DNA of 64,000 nucleotides from Marsupella aquatica (GCA_973895155.1 OZ316896.1:18526754-18590753), one strand, 5' to 3'. Shown: positions 13,749 through 27,990, numbered from the stretch's first letter. Translations and numbers: made by a program. The notes: generated by a model not told the origin, from the sequence alone.

Positions 13749-13973
13749 CACGAGAATACACAAGAGTTTTACTAAATTTTGGTCTCCTTGTATAAACTCT
13801 CCTCATAGCACCTAGTTACCTCTTTCAACAATGAGCATGAGTCTCCAAGATGAGTTTTCCCTAACCCCTCTATATGCTAGATGCAAGAGTTGTGGCTAAT
13901 CACCATTACTACCCTAATGGTGGGTTAGCCTAAATAACAAAAAATTAACCCAAGACTAGAGTTAATCCTAACA
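13749..13973. mobile_element. LTR-like dispersed repeat fragment
   Basis: Shares the blocks CACGAGAA.., ATGAGCATGAGT, TATGCTAG and AACCCAA.ACTA.GAGTT...CCTAACA with 34926-35244. It ends in ...TAACA like an LTR terminus and begins where the Harbinger ORF breaks off. Confidence 0.4.
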
Positions 13974-14269
13974 AGGGACCCCTACCAGTGATTATTGTCA
14001 GACTGAGTCCCTTGTGCATGAACTCAACTTAGTGCATTGCCTTTGCTAGTGTAACGCTCCCTTGTTCTCAAGGCTCCTCATACTTAATTCCTTCCAGATG
14101 ATCATCCCAATACTTGGACCATAGAGGAGCTTGGCGCCAGAGTAAGGGGCACCAAAGCTAAGTGGCAGAGTAGTCTAGTTCTGAGACTGAATCCAAGGGT
14201 GTGAAAAACAAACATTTCACCCCTCCCTCTTAACTACAGCTCATAGTTTTGTTTCCGAAGTTTATTGTT

Positions 14270-15520
14270 CACTTCTTTTAGTTCCTCTTTCTTGGTTTTT
14301 AGGGTTTCCTTTTGCTCACTTCTTTTGCGTTTGGTTTTGTCCACTTGGGACCTCTCTTGTTTATTCTTTTGTACTCTATTTGGCCTTTTTCTGTAAAAAG
14401 TATGTGTATATTTACTTTTTATTGTTGAGAGTGACTTATGTGTTCCTAACCTAAGTCATTATGAGAAACACATGAGACATAGACCATTTTTTTGTATTCA
14501 CAATAGTCTAGAAGTTCAATAGTTGTCTACTAGAATATGGCATGTGGGATAGAAGTGGGGCCAGCACTCTGAAAAGGAATAATCATTGAGGCACAAGTAC
14601 CAAGTCACCCAAAAGTAATTAATTCTGCTATGAAAGATTACTATAAATCTCATCCAAACTCTAAAAAGGAATGATTAATGTTTTTTCCCATCATGTGAAT
14701 CCTTTTGAGCAGGAACACTACAAGACAAACTATATTTACTTTCTTTTGGGGGATCTCACACTTATACTGTAGGTGTTTGTCTTGAACGGAAATGGGGAGG
14801 AACCAAAAGAAAGTAAAAATAGTTTGTGTTCAAGACAAACAAAAAAAATTTGCTTAAAGTTGGAGCAAACTAAGTAGTATGGTAAATCTTGCCCTGTTTA
14901 GCATCATTAATGATAGTTTCGAGACTCAAAAGGGGCACACGTAAAGTTGTAAGCTTTCTTCTTTCTCCACTGTCACCTTGTGTGCAAGAGAAAATGTTAA
15001 GAAAATTCCTTATCTAATTTTGGAAGATTAACATCTGGCCATCAGATTCTGGCTATTGAGTTGGGAAACTAGCTTTTGGAAGACAGAAAGAAGGACACAA
15101 CTTCCACCAAAATCTTAAATCAGAGAGAAAACAAAGTACAATGCAAGTAAATAAGAAGAGGTCCAAAGAGGACAACACCAAACAAGGAAAACGAGAAGAA
15201 GAAGGGGCGAATACGTTTGAGTGAGTTGGAATGGGGAAACTTTCGCCACTAAATAACATAAAATGGCCCCACCCAATGCCAAGGTTGTGCGTCCTACTGG
15301 AGTAGGATTGGAGCGGTGTTCGAATTCCTAGGAGAATTCGTTTCAATGAAAATTTTCTCGTTGGTTTCATTTTGCTCACTTCTTTTAGTTCCTCTTTCTT
15401 GGTTTTTAGGGTTTCCTTTTGCTCATTTCTTTTGCGTTTGGTTTTGTTCACTTGGGACCTCTCTTGTTTATTCTTTTGTACTCTATTTGGCCTTTTTCTG
15501 TAAAAAGTATGTGTATATTT
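14270..15520. repeat. Near-identical ~145-bp direct repeat, two copies ~1.1 kb apart
   Basis: CACTTCTTTTAGTTCCTCTTTCTTGG...AAAAAGTATGTGTATATTT occurs at ~14270-14413 and ~15377-15520 with only a couple of mismatches. Confidence 0.85.
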
Positions 15521-18023
15521 TTTCTCGTTGGGACAACTTTATCCGTTCTGTCATTCCAGCAACATTCCCACCAAAGAAGGGTTGTAGTAGCTTGTAGGCC
15601 AGTAGCAGCAAAAGTAGTATTTTCCTCCTTTTTCCTAGTTTAGGCTCCTTTTTCGGTTGTTACCTTTATTTGGTTGCCTCTCAGCGACACTGTTTGGAGT
15701 TGCAGTTTCGTTTGTTGGACTTTTGGGAAAACAAATTTGATTTTTTCTGGTGTAGAGGGGAAACCCAAATGAGCGAGTTTTTCGAAACGAAGTTTGATCT
15801 TTTATTTTTTGGGGTCTAAGCTCAGATTTGCAGTTTCCTTTGTTTGACTTTTAGCTACCATAATAAGTGTTAGGATTTGTAGGTACCGTTGAGTTTCAGC
15901 GGCAGTGAGTTTTGGATTTGCAGATTTGTTTTAAAATCCTCTAGCCCTTTTTCCACTCCTCCCCTCAACCGTGCCAGTCCACTCCACTTGGAAAGAATTC
16001 TTTTAGTGGCGGACTCGACGATTTTTGGAAAGAATTATTTTTAGTGAAGAATCTTGATATCTTACTTATAAAGAGTTAACGGAAAACTAGAATCAGGGTC
16101 TGGACTTCTAGTGTGAAACTTATAGATCATGACTCTAGGACACCAAAATAAATGTGTATTTAACAAAAATGATGATATATTATGTATGACATGAATAAAT
16201 TTCATTATAAATTTATTAATATTTCAAAAATTTTAAAAATAAAATAATTTATTATCTTTTATTGTCTTTTTTCTACTCAAGATCAAAGGATGGGTAGTCA
16301 AGGCTAGTCTTCATAAATCCAGGTTTTATAATGGCTCCCCATTACTATGCCAGTCCGCTCCACGATTTCTGGAAACAAATATTTTTAGTGGAGAATCTTG
16401 ATATCTTGATAAATACAGGTTTTGTAATGGCCAGTGGTGATTCAATTGAGAGTTACCTACAAAAAGAAGTTCAAGACAGCTGAAACTATGGGAATGGGAC
16501 ATCCTTGGCCAGCTGGAGCAAGGTTGTGGGGGTGGGGCTCATATGGGGAAGGGAAGGAACTTCTTTAGATTCTAGGGAGTGGGTGAGGGGAGGGGAGCAT
16601 ATGGGGAAGGGGAAAACGGATTAAAGTGGGGGCAGAGCCTGACTGATTGATGGGAAGAGAGCCCGGAATTTTAATGGCAATTTTAAAGTTAAAATCCAGT
16701 TGGGATTTTTGGACAACTAGAATTGGGCCTGGCGACTTCAAAAAATTATGAGATTTGCTAACAAATTTAGTCACAATTCTTACCTTGCTCAAAGAGCTTT
16801 GGCCCTAGATTCGTGCCCTCCTCACACCATGGATCTCTGATGGCATGGTCTAGATGGGATGTCTCAAAGGCATCGCTAGAACTGTACTGGGAGGGTGAGA
16901 GGGCATATTATCATTACCTTCCCCCTTTAGAAACACTCCAAAATAGCCAAGTACTAGGTGGGGGAAAAGATTCTGGACGAACAGAACGGTCCAGTATAAA
17001 ATTTTCAGTACTTCTTTGGTAAAACACTCACAAGACATTCAAGTTTTCTTACCACCACTAGAGTGGAGCTTGGTGGTTAGCTAAAGTCGTTAGGGGCAGC
17101 TTGTGACCAACAGATCTCAAGTCAATTCCCAACCAGACACTTCTGCTTTTGAATGTAATATGGGTTCTGTTCCAAGTCATATTTCAAGCGGATCTAATGT
17201 GCTATGTGCCAAATGGGCTTGTAATAGTGTAGAACTTATATAAACAATACATAAATATAATCTAGGGGGTTTCTTTGCGTAAAAAATATTTACAATGCTT
17301 GCTCAATGATGGATTCCCGCTAAAACAAGACCACTGGAGGGAAGGGATTTCAGTGTTTAGCCTGCCCAAGGTGCTTTTTTGGGGGCATGCTTGCATTAAA
17401 GAACTTTAGGGTGCTTGGAGACTGAATTGGATTTTTGAATGTTTGGTGGCTGAAATCCTGCCTAGGCCTTTCACACATGTGCTTGGAATATTAATTGGAT
17501 TTTTCTTATTTGGGGGATGTTTGGTAGCTTAAAACCTCACACTTGTGCTTAACACATTATCTGACTTTTTTCTTACGTTTGGGATTTTGGGCGCTGTAAA
17601 CCTGCCCAAGACATTTACACATCTACGTGCAACATTACGCCAGATAGGCACTCCAAGTATACTGGAAAAATCAGGATAAGGCTTTGTCCACAGAATTCCG
17701 TCCTTTCTGTTGTTTCTACTGGTGCCTGGGAAAGAGGAAGAAATAGGGAAGGGTTGGGGGTTTTGTTTAATTTTACTGCTGAATTTCTGTCCTTATCTGT
17801 TGTTGCTCCGCTGCATGGGAAGAGGGTTCGCTTTCTACACAGCTTTCTCACACTAAGGCAATTGTCGGCGCCAGTCACGAATTAATTTTACCAGAATGAA
17901 TAAAAACCTTCACTTTTTAAACAATTGTTTTTTACCCAATGGAACAAAGGTGGCTGCTCTAGGTTCCGCATGCAAATATTTGGCCCTATGGTAGCATAAT
18001 TGAAATAATGTAGAAAAGCCATA

Positions 18024-18202
18024 TTCCCTTCTTATTTTTGTTTTTTTGCATGAACCCAACGGAGATTCTCCTCTTATTGTGTTTTTTTGCGTGAACCCCA
18101 CGGAGATTCCCCTGTTACTGTGTTTTTTTGGGTGAACCCTACAGAGATTCCCCTGTTATTGTGTTTTTTTGTGTGAACTCCACAGAGATTCCCTTCTTAT
18201 TG
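18024..18202. repeat. Minisatellite, ~42-bp unit, about 4 copies
   Basis: The unit TGAACCC(A/C)ACGGAGATTCCCCTGTTATTGTGTTTTTTTGCG repeats in tandem. Confidence 0.8.
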
Positions 18203-18789
18203 TCAGTAACACTATTTGCCCACTCACACTGACTAGAAAAGTCCCACCAATCCTAAATTGGGCCCTGATGGGAGTGAGTGTAGTGGGACCAGACCACTGG
18301 CCCAAATGAGGGTGAGACCATTCCCTGGCATACACAGTCCAACATTGCAGCTTGGCATATTACCCTCCCAAGGCCAATAGTCCTGCACTTGACAACCTAC
18401 AGTAGTGGACATAGCCCCCACCAAAACTGAGCACTGACTTGCATTAGCTTTATCAACGTGATTGAACATCTCTGTAGTGGAGAGTGCACAAGCCCCATTT
18501 GGTGTCCCTATTTCGTCATTTTGTGTCTTGTTTCTTCTTGTTTAGCCCTTGCCCTTGGTTCTCCATTTTGTATACCATAAACCCTGCCTGACCAGGAAGT
18601 TTTCTTGCAAAATTCTCAGTCAATATTTTACTTCTGTGAAGTTGAGGGCCAGACTACTAACCCCTGCACACATGCAAGTTGGCTATAAACTCCAAAATGG
18701 CAGGACTGTTTGGCGCACACCATGAGACTGGTGTTATTAGGGCCTCTCACACTCTGTGAGAAATTTTTTCTTTAATTTACACAAGCCTC

Positions 18790-19720
18790 TAGAGTGGCAT
18801 ATGACCCATATTTATGACAAAAAGGTATGGACTATGAATTTGGTAGTCCATAACTTTTTCTGCCCGTAACCTTCATTACTAAGTTAAGGTCCATCAAATT
18901 TGAAGTTTTGAGACACCATATTAGATGCTAACACTAATGGCCGCGAGGGTGGCTTCTTCCCTGGTACATGCCTCTCCAGTCTTAGGGTCGCCTTGCATGT
19001 GGTGGTCTTGAGAAAAACGGTCCTTTAAGTGTTCAGGTGGTATCTTTGCACTGCCCATGTCCTTCCTGCCTGACCCCCCCCCCCCCCCCTCGTCAGCCAG
19101 TCCTCATGGGAACAGTTGAGGACTTTCAAGGGCAACTGCTGCAATGCTTCTGGCCCTTCCCATCCTGACCTTTGAATCTCACATAAAACAAAACAATCTT
19201 TACAATGTTATCCTGCCTGTGCTGATGTGTGCAGAGTTGAGGCAGCCATTTCCCTGACACTTGTGGGTCATAAGGGCCCTTTTTTTTAGGACTTTGCACA
19301 TGCAACACAGCCCTTAAGACTGTCTTGCATGTAGAAGTTCCTGAAAGGAACGGCCCTTTCCATAACTGGTGACGGCCCCTAAGTGAGTGAGACATGCCCC
19401 TGAGGGAGGCAATCTTGACTACACTCATCTAGAATTTTGATTGCAAGGCATGGAAAGATTTTGGCCCATCATTGTCCCAATCTTTGATATATGAATATGA
19501 TAACATATTGCCCTGTAGAATGAAGGAAAGGAAGCAACAAAGAAGGACACACGGGTGAGTGGGCAGGGCACATATCTTGACATAGCAGATTATGTGAGGA
19601 TTTGAGATGCTTTTTCAGGAGTTGTAAGGGCCACATTTTTGAAGACAATGGCACATGCAAGACAGCCTTTAGGGCCAACTTGCATGTGAGAACCCTCAAG
19701 CATGTGGCCCTTTGTGTTCC
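18790..19720. repeat. Degenerate dispersed repeat family (transposon relic)
   Basis: Motifs such as TTGCATGT.AGA.CCCTCAAG.ATG.GGCCCTTT and ACATGCAAGAC.GCC.TTAG recur here and at ~44640-45012. A block near 18795-18860 matches ~45550-45612 in the opposite orientation. Confidence 0.45.
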
Positions 19721-20417
19721 CTCTACCCTCCCGAAAATGTAGCACTTCTATGATAATACAATCTGACACAAATATTGACTTATACTTCCCATCTACAACA
19801 GAGTTTGCAACAAGTGTACATTTTTTTTTGATTTTTTCACAAGACAAAGTTTGAGACCTGCAAAGGCAAGAAACTTTCCAGTCCTTGCCTGTGAGACCCC
19901 ACACTCTATGCTGTCAGGCCTGGCGCATGAGGGGGTACAGTCAGAAAAGTCTTGCTCATTCACATCCTCACACAACCAAAGTTGAGGGCCGTTTTTTTTA
20001 ACGACCCTTCACATGCGAGTTAGCACTTACCCCTTAAACCTTCAGTCCTTCACATGCGAGTTAGCCCTTTGCCTTTAAACCACCACTGTCCACCAGGTTT
20101 GGGGAGGACAAAATAGAGCACTGTTTTACTATTTTGATCCCATTTTTGGTTTATTTTTAGCAACACAGATTCACCACGTTTTCCTTCCAAGACAGTGGCG
20201 CTTTAAAACTTAGGTCCCTTGGGCCGGTGTGCTCTCTTTTGGGCCCACCCTTCTGTATGCTCCCTATTTGAATGGATTTCATTTGGTTTTTTCCAGGCCA
20301 AAAAGAAAGCTTTGAGGGTGTGTTGTTACTGGCAGGAGTGAGAGTTGCTAAAATAATGCCAACCCAGTAACCCACCCCCTTCATCTTTTGCCGTCCCAGG
20401 CCGGGCCTGGCTCGTAG

Positions 20418-21125
20418 TCGCAGTCGCAGTCGCAGTCGTCGTCGTCGTCGTCGTCGTCATCTCCGTCTAATTGGTATCCATGTCTGGCTGCTGTCTCCTG
20501 TAGCGTTTGTTCGAGTAGTAGAGTACAACAGAGGAGCCTCCGGTGAATCGGGGCATGACAGAGATCTGGAGAGTGCGGACGGACAAGACGGACGAGAGAG
20601 CGATGCCGCGACGTCTCATCTCTGCAGAAGCTTGGAAGTGCGCAAAAAGTGAGCGATCAGCGATGAGGGAGTTTAGAGTCAGTGGCAGTGCGGTGGCGTA
20701 AATCTCTGTGCGCGTCCTGCCGTGCATCGCCTTGCTGGCCCGAGTGGAGGGAGGGCGGGCCTGAAGAGTGAGTGGCATTGTGGATTTTAGTTGTGTCGTA
20801 ACTTTTCTGCTTCTCGAGCCGGAGCGAGCGACGTCCATTTCGTGTGGTGGTGGTGGTTGTGGTGGGAGTTGAGTCATTCTCATTACCACTACTGTAGATT
20901 TCGGTGGTCGGCTTGAGCAGACGAAGCAAGGGGAGGGGATCGATTTTGGCCAACTTGATGGTGGAATGCTGAGTACGTCGACGCGGAGGGAGGAGGCACC
21001 TTCACAGGGAGGGAGAGGGAAGAAGGGAAGAGGAGGCAGTGGAGGAAAGAGGAGGGGTCGTGAAGGAGATCGTGCGTGAGTCGGTTTGGTTCGGTTCGGT
21101 TCGGTTCGGTTTGGTTCGGTTGGTT
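20418..21125. repeat. Microsatellites upstream of SMO2: (GTCGCA)n/(GTC)n at ~20418-20459 and (GGTTC)n at ~21082-21122
   Basis: Directly visible simple repeats. They also explain the low-complexity EPNRT repeats in the antisense ORF. Confidence 0.8.
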
Positions 21126-21318
21126 GATTGATTGCTCGTTCGGGCGTTCGTGCGGGAGATCGAATCGGCCGTCGTTCCGGCATTTTGCTGGGCTTGCGGC
21201 TCAGTGAGTCGAGTGCTCGTCTTGTTGTGGGGAAGGAAAAGGAGTCTTAAGAAGAAAGTCGGGCGCGCTGGCCAACACAACCGCACCTTCCGACTGGGCC
21301 TTCGGCCCGTCCGGAGGG

Positions 21319-24316
21319 ATGGCATCATTATTGGAGAACGGTTGGAAGGTAGGACGACATTCGAAAGCGCTCATCTTACATTCTTCCATGCGTTCATTGA
21401 TTCATTGATTCGTTCTGTTTCTTTTCCATCTTCTCTGCATCTTGACCGACTAGCCAACGCCGTTATGGTACTAGTTTGTTATCCTCCTTCCACACTTCTC
21501 GGCCCCTATCCGCTCGCCTGCCTGCCGTTGTAGACCTCGCATTGTGGGAAATGACGCCTCGCTGATGCACAAGTGGCTGCGTTCGAACGGTCGAACCGCT
21601 ATTATTGGGTCTCATAGGGAGTTTTAGTTCGTGCATGCTCCCCAGCAAGCACAATGGTTAGAGGGAGGAAGGAAGAGGGCATCATTGGGACATCAATGGA
21701 ACCACTTCAGCGTGTCGAAATAATGCGTGCTTCCTGGAGTGGTCTTACTGCTTTTGCATGGTATCTCTACGTCCGAGTCAATCACGGATGCTCATGATGA
21801 CGGAAGCTGGAGGAGCTTTTTAGGAGACGGAGCGGTGGCACGCTATGGAACCCAAATGCAACAATGCTTGGGATTCTGATGGAAGGAGTCGGGTACTTAT
21901 CATTTGTGCTGCCAAGGCGGTCCGGATGTCCTGCCTGAGGGATGTTCTCCGTCTAGTATGGTGCCCTCAAATTCGGCCGTGAAATCCATTTCGGGTGCAG
22001 TGATTGTCAAAAAGGGAGGGGATGGTGAAGGCGAAGATGGCCCTTTGACCTAGGAGTTGCGCTGTTTTACTCATTTTGAATGTCAGAAACGGAGCAATTG
22101 TGATCTGGTCCATGCGAGAGACCTGCAGCGAGGATCGTCCCACTGTGCATTTTGGCGATAAATTGTCGCCCCATGGAGCCGACTTGTTGCCTCAAATCTA
22201 CTTTTCGGCTTACAAGGGATTGGTGATGTAAGGGGAAATCTGACCGATTTTTGTTTCTGTGATTGGTGAATACAGTTCTTGATCGACAACTTCACCGAGT
22301 TTCAACTCGCGTCAGCTGGGACTTTCATCGTTCATGAGAGTGTCTTTTTCCTCTCAGGTTTGCCATATATGCTGATGGAGACCTGGGGATTACGAAAGTA
22401 CAAAATACAGGTAGGCACAGTGCCGGGTGATGCCTTTGTACTCCATGATTAGCTTTAGGTTTGTTCTCTTTTGGTCTCTCTCTCGCCTTATAACCTATCG
22501 TTCCGGATTATTGAAGTTGAGAACATTGGCAGTAAATTTTGCGTAGTATGTGACCCGACCTACTGCTGAACCTGGAATTTTGGTGTCGTTACGTGCAGAG
22601 AAAAGTAAACACCCCCGCCGCCCAGGAGAAATGCTTGGTGCGGCTCGTCCTCTATCACATTTGTGTCAACTTGCCACTCATGATTCTCTCATATCCGGTC
22701 TTCAAGTATATGGGCTTCACGAGTTCATTGCCGTTACCCTCATGGTATGCCGTAACTGTCAGTCATGTATCCCATGAAGCAACTATGGATTAGTGTTTGT
22801 ATGAAGTATCGTGGAAACGATTGAATTTCAGTAGCGACTGGCTTAAAGTAACCGTCTCTTTTGTAAAGTAAAATTTCCTTCATATCCTTTATTTCTGCAT
22901 GATCATGCTCATTTAACTGCGTAGCCTGTTCCAATATGGTGCAGGAAGGTGGTGAGCCTTCAAATCTTTTCGTACTTCATTTTGGAAGATTTCATCTTTT
23001 ACTGGGGCCACAGAGTTCTGCACACCAAATGGCTATATAAACATATTCATAGTGTGCATCACGAGTAAGTCATACGCTTTCTTTCTGAAGTTACTCAGTA
23101 TTGAAGGCAAATATTTATTTTCTCTTGATTGTTGTCAGCTTCGTAGTGCTCGACCTGTGATTGTCTCAATTTTATCACTTCAGAGGTTGCAGACTTGCAG
23201 TTGGAATATACCATTTGACATACGAAGATCATGAGTTCAACTGACCTGCAGATAATTAGGCAGAGCACCCCTACTTGTTGTAATTATTTTCGACGTTATT
23301 TTTAATCCTAGCTTATTCACAGGACCAACTAATGTTTGTTGACAGGTATGCCACACCTTTCGGTTTGACATCAGAGTATGCCCATCCAGCTGAAATCCTC
23401 TTTCTGGGTTTTGCGACCATATTTGGACCCGCCATCACAGGTCCACATCTGCTTACTCTATGGCTGTGGGTCAGTGTGCGCGTGCTGGAGACAGTCGAAG
23501 CTCATTGTGGCTACGACTTTCCCTGGAGTCTCCCAAGGTTTTTCCCTATTTATGGCGGGTAAGTAAGGCTACTGTAGCGAAATCAATTGCTGTTACTACT
23601 TGGTCGGACATTCATATTGACCAGGTACTCGATGTTTTTAACGTATGTCGGCAGGGTATGGGTGGGAGGTCCTGGGTTATGTCATCTCAAATAAGTATTA
23701 TTAGGTTACTCAGTTTCCCACACACGTTACTACCACTCATATGACATTTACTGTCTTGCAGGGCTGATTTCCATGACTATCACCATCGACTCCTGTACAC
23801 CAAGTCAGGAAACTACTCATCCACCTTTACTTATATGGACCGGTGATTATTCCCGCCCCTCTTCTCTAGATGTTGGTCATTGTGATATAACACGGCCTTT
23901 ATTTTTGTTGAGGAGTATTTTTTTGAGATAAGATGTAGCTGGAAATATCGGCCCTCCGAGTTCTGTCAGGAGGGTCGAGGACTCTTAAATGATGAAGGAT
24001 TTCCCGTCCCTACAATTGTTCCTGTTCCTCTATTGTGGAATGTTTCATTCAGGCACCTTCCAACTTGCAGTCGGGGACGCAAACTAGAAGCAGGGTTGCT
24101 AGATACGTGCTATTCCACTCACCAATTTAGAGCCGCGGGACGAACTTGTGGTTTTTCTTGCAGAAAACCTGAAAGTTCTAATACCCACTTGGACTTTGAT
24201 GTGCGATGTTGGTGCGCAGGATTTTTGGCACAGACAAAGGTTACCGAAAGTTGAAAGCGATGAAAGCCCAGGAAACCCAAGTGGAAAGAGCTCAAGCACA
24301 GAAGAAAGTGGAATGA
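21319..24316 (+). CDS. SMO2: Sterol 4-alpha-methyl oxidase, SMO2 type (methylsterol monooxygenase), 7 coding exons
   Basis: Exons 21319-21348, 22276-22410, 22599-22744, 22945-23064, 23346-23558, 23762-23842 and 24220-24316, all GT-AG and in phase. The protein starts MASLLENGWK/FLIDNFTEFQLASAGTFIVHESVFFLSGLP and has the His boxes YWGHRVLH, HSVHHEYATPFGLTSEYAHP and FHDYHH. It ends ...SGNYSSTFTYMDRIFGTDKGYRKLK...KKVE*. Confidence 0.96.
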
Positions 24317-27300
24317 ATTTGGCAATTGCGGAGTGGCGAGACCGATTCTTTTGCCATCCCCGCCTGCCAGATCAGATTGGTCCTCCTTTCGTTGTCAGGA
24401 ATGCAGGCGCGCACAAGTCTTGTTATGCTATTTGACGTCGACTATGCCCCTCGTTTCCCGGATTGTATATTTCCCTGTTTTACTCGTCAGCTTTGTTGAA
24501 TCAAATCGATGAATGCAAAAGAAATCCTCATGTTCTGGGGGCTTGATTTGAGAAAACTATTCAAGATGGTGATGTTGCTGTCCTCTTGAGTGGTGGGGAA
24601 CCAGTCCAGGAGATTTGGTCGGGTTGTAAAATCATTTTGGTTTTTTCAATAAGATATCAAACGGAAGCTATCTCCGCCATTGTTTTGTACTGGCAACCTT
24701 TCTGTAAAGTACATCCACAGACGTGGTCTCTGGCCACAGTGCTTTTGTGTGTGTTCTTTGTGTAGATTGGTTTGGCGTTTGTTTGCAATAATGGCGGTGC
24801 CGGAGTTACTGGTTGTGATCCTTGTGCGTGATTGTGCTTGACCAATTTCTTGAAAGGCCTCAATTTTGGCCGACTTCCCACCGTCGGATGAAGTGATAAA
24901 GGCACATGGGAAATGAGTGCCCTAAATCCGCTGAAGATGCTCTAGAGACTTCAATGCGGAGGTGAGACTGCTTAGCTTAGCTGGTGATGTGTCAAGGGCA
25001 GTAAGATCGTAGTTCAATTTGTGAAGGACTCGGACAGGTCCTTGCAACTGCCAAGTGGAACACTTCTAGCTGAAAGTTGTGTAGTCTCTTAGGCCTGGCC
25101 TTAGAAGGGGAGTGGGCGACTGGACGGCAGAAATTTAGATAATCTTCCACAATTCTGGCAAAAGACCGAAAGGTCGAACCCGTATCTAATGGAAGGGTCA
25201 AATCACAAGAATTCAGTGGGATGTCTGCAGATGATGAGTCGTGGATTTTAACTCTTGTTGATGTAGCAAGAAGTCATAGACATGTGGTTTTTGAACAATA
25301 CCTGATTAAACTGAGCCAGTCAGGAGGGTCTAGGACTCTAGCCTAGACTACGAACCTTGTCCTGAATTAACTGATGACATGAACAAAATTAAAGGAACGC
25401 TGTCTTGTTGCAGTGCCTCCAGAATCTAAACTGATGAGCTAAACAAAATGATTAAATGCGTGTCATGTTGCAGTGCTTGCTCAATGATAATATTCACTTG
25501 TCCTCAACCAAAGTAAGGGGTCCTGGAGTTTGTCAGGCAGAGGAAGATGTAATTGTGAGCTTTTTTGTTCCTTTTTTCTCACAGTTTCCACATCCTTTAG
25601 CTCTGACGCAATCACTTACAAATGAGTGATGTTCGACTTACAAATGCAAACTGCCTTGAAATCCGCAGAAGATAGTATTATACAGGGAACCTTCCTATTT
25701 GCATTTCTTTATGCAATTCCTTAAGCCAGCGAGGGATAGTCCAAAGCAGGACACACGAGCAGGTTCTTAGGGTGTTTACCTTGGTTAGAAGGAAATTCAC
25801 GTATGCACTGTCTGAAAGTTTGGAACAACAAGCAAACACTCATGAGAGATGAGTCGAGAGGCTAGCTTCTTGATGAGGAAAACCTTTAGACTTTGCATGA
25901 AACGGCTAGCTTCTTGATGAGAGAAACCTTTAGTCTTGTATGAAATGTTGTCTATCATAGTAGGGAGAAGATGGCAATGTTCATCTGCTATAGGCACTTT
26001 TCTGCCAGGCATCAAAAGCTGTGTTTGAATTCCTTACAAAATTAATTGTCTTGGACACCAAAACTTGCCCTATACATCTTCATTTGGAGCCATCATCACA
26101 TGATAGGGTGAGGGGACAAGATTGCACCAAAGTCTAATGAGGGCAATTCAGAACCTATTATGCCACACGTGGGATTCTTGCACTTACCATATGAAACTAT
26201 TGGGTGAACTAACCTTGTTATTTTCATTTTGTGCCATAGATCACACCTTAGATGAAATGGACAAGATTGCAACAAAGTCTAATCAGAGGGCCATCCAGCA
26301 CCTGTCATGCTGCAAACGGGATTGTTGCAATTGTCAGCTGAAAGTTCCAGGTCAGCCTGGATACTTTTGTGGGGGAGAAGTGTCCAAACTTCCTTCTTTC
26401 CCCACATTCCAGACACTCCCCTCCTCTACTATGCCAGTCTCCCCCACAATTTCTGGACAAATCTACAACACTAAAATATCCAATCCCACCCACTCTGGCC
26501 AATCATCTGTTTGCAAATTGCCATTGGGCGTGAAGAAAATTCTGGCCAATTGCAAGAGCTATGTTTTTGTTGTCGTTTGATTGGCTGCAAACACCTTCCC
26601 AAAGCACCCTCTGCCTTGCCTTCTAGAGCAGGCAGCACGCACGGGAAATTGGAATGGGCAGCGTACGGCCCCGTAGAAAACTACCCTAGAGAACTGGGGG
26701 GCATTAAGTTGACATAATTTAAAGTACAATATCGTGTTACATGTCTTGGAATGTGCTATCCGATTGAAGTCGCCAGGCAAAGTAGGACAGTGCAAAACAA
26801 GAGTTTTCCTAAACTCCTAAAGTCTTCTCCCAAAATGAAAATTCCCCAAAAATGAAGGTGAGATGCATGTTGTGCTCACCACAGTCCTTAACCAAGCTTC
26901 CCAGTGAGAAGCTTATTTGTGCACTAGCCTGGACCTCCCATGCAAGTTGAGTCCCTCATAAAACTAACGGTGACATGCCCTCATAATAGACCTCGCTAGC
27001 AGCAGAAACAAGTTCACCTTCAGTCTTTTTTGTGATTTTCAAGTACGAATAGTTACTTTTATGCTTTCTTATCAAAAGGTTTTCTATTTTGCTTATATCT
27101 AGCCAAAACATGTGTTCATGTCCAGTTTCAATGGATAAGACAGTTGCAATTTCATTCAATTGTAACTTGCAATAGCCTTTGCAGGGTGTCCAACTTCGGG
27201 CTAGGTACAGGTAGGTCGCTTTGCTGTCACAATTTAATTAACTAGCACAACCCCTTCCGGAGTCCAACTTGGGGTTAGGTTGGTCTCTCCTGTCACAAAT

Positions 27301-27990
27301 TAAAGATGACAATCAGACAGGTTGGGACAGGATGACTGCAAGAGACACATCCCCAAGGTGGAGGGCTAGTGGGATGGACCAACCAGGGTCTTTCAACCTT
27401 CCGATTCAGAGAAATGCAAGATGACCATCATCAGATCATCCTAAGCTAATCTGACGTGATTTGGTTGTGCGTCAATACAGTAGAAGTCATGGAAAAAATA
27501 CAGAATTAAAAACCAAAGAAAACAATGCATAAGAGAACAAAGCAAGAGAACAAAGCACAAAGGCATCCTATTAAACTCTCCAGTAGAGCTCGAGGCACCA
27601 TTGCTGGTAGCAGATCACAAAGAATTTGAGATAGTGTTTAGTGAGAATTTTAATGATGTATCCCAATTTGCCTGAAGTTAACGAGTGGGAACACATGTTC
27701 CGAACCTCTCTAACTAAGGGTGGGCTCCCACCAAAAGTTATGTTTTAATGCTTTCCTGTTAAACTCCAAAAACCGCAGGGTCCCGAAGTACTGTTACCGT
27801 CCATAGTTAAAACCGAAATAATCATCTTCTTAACCACAGGTAGTTAGGGTCGTCGTTTTGTGAAGTACTTAACTAGAAAGTTAAGTGCTGAAAAACATGG
27901 CACTTAACTTTTGTCAATAGTTTCAAAGTTAAAACTGACATTTACTCATGACGGGACGTGGTTTGTGACAAATTCGAAGACCTGATGGGG

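Noticed and set aside
17064-17145. tRNA-like sequence
   Set aside because: Only vague A/B-box resemblance and no consistent cloverleaf; at most a decayed SINE head.
20467-21533. 238-aa and other overlapping ORFs upstream of SMO2
   Set aside because: GC-rich, microsatellite-laden sequence with open frames on both strands and no recognisable domain.
23839-24222. CGG (Arg) where many SMO2 proteins have Trp (MDRIFG versus MDWIFG), as a possible RNA-editing site
   Set aside because: This is a nuclear gene, and DRIFGT is a normal variant in the sterol desaturase/oxidase family.
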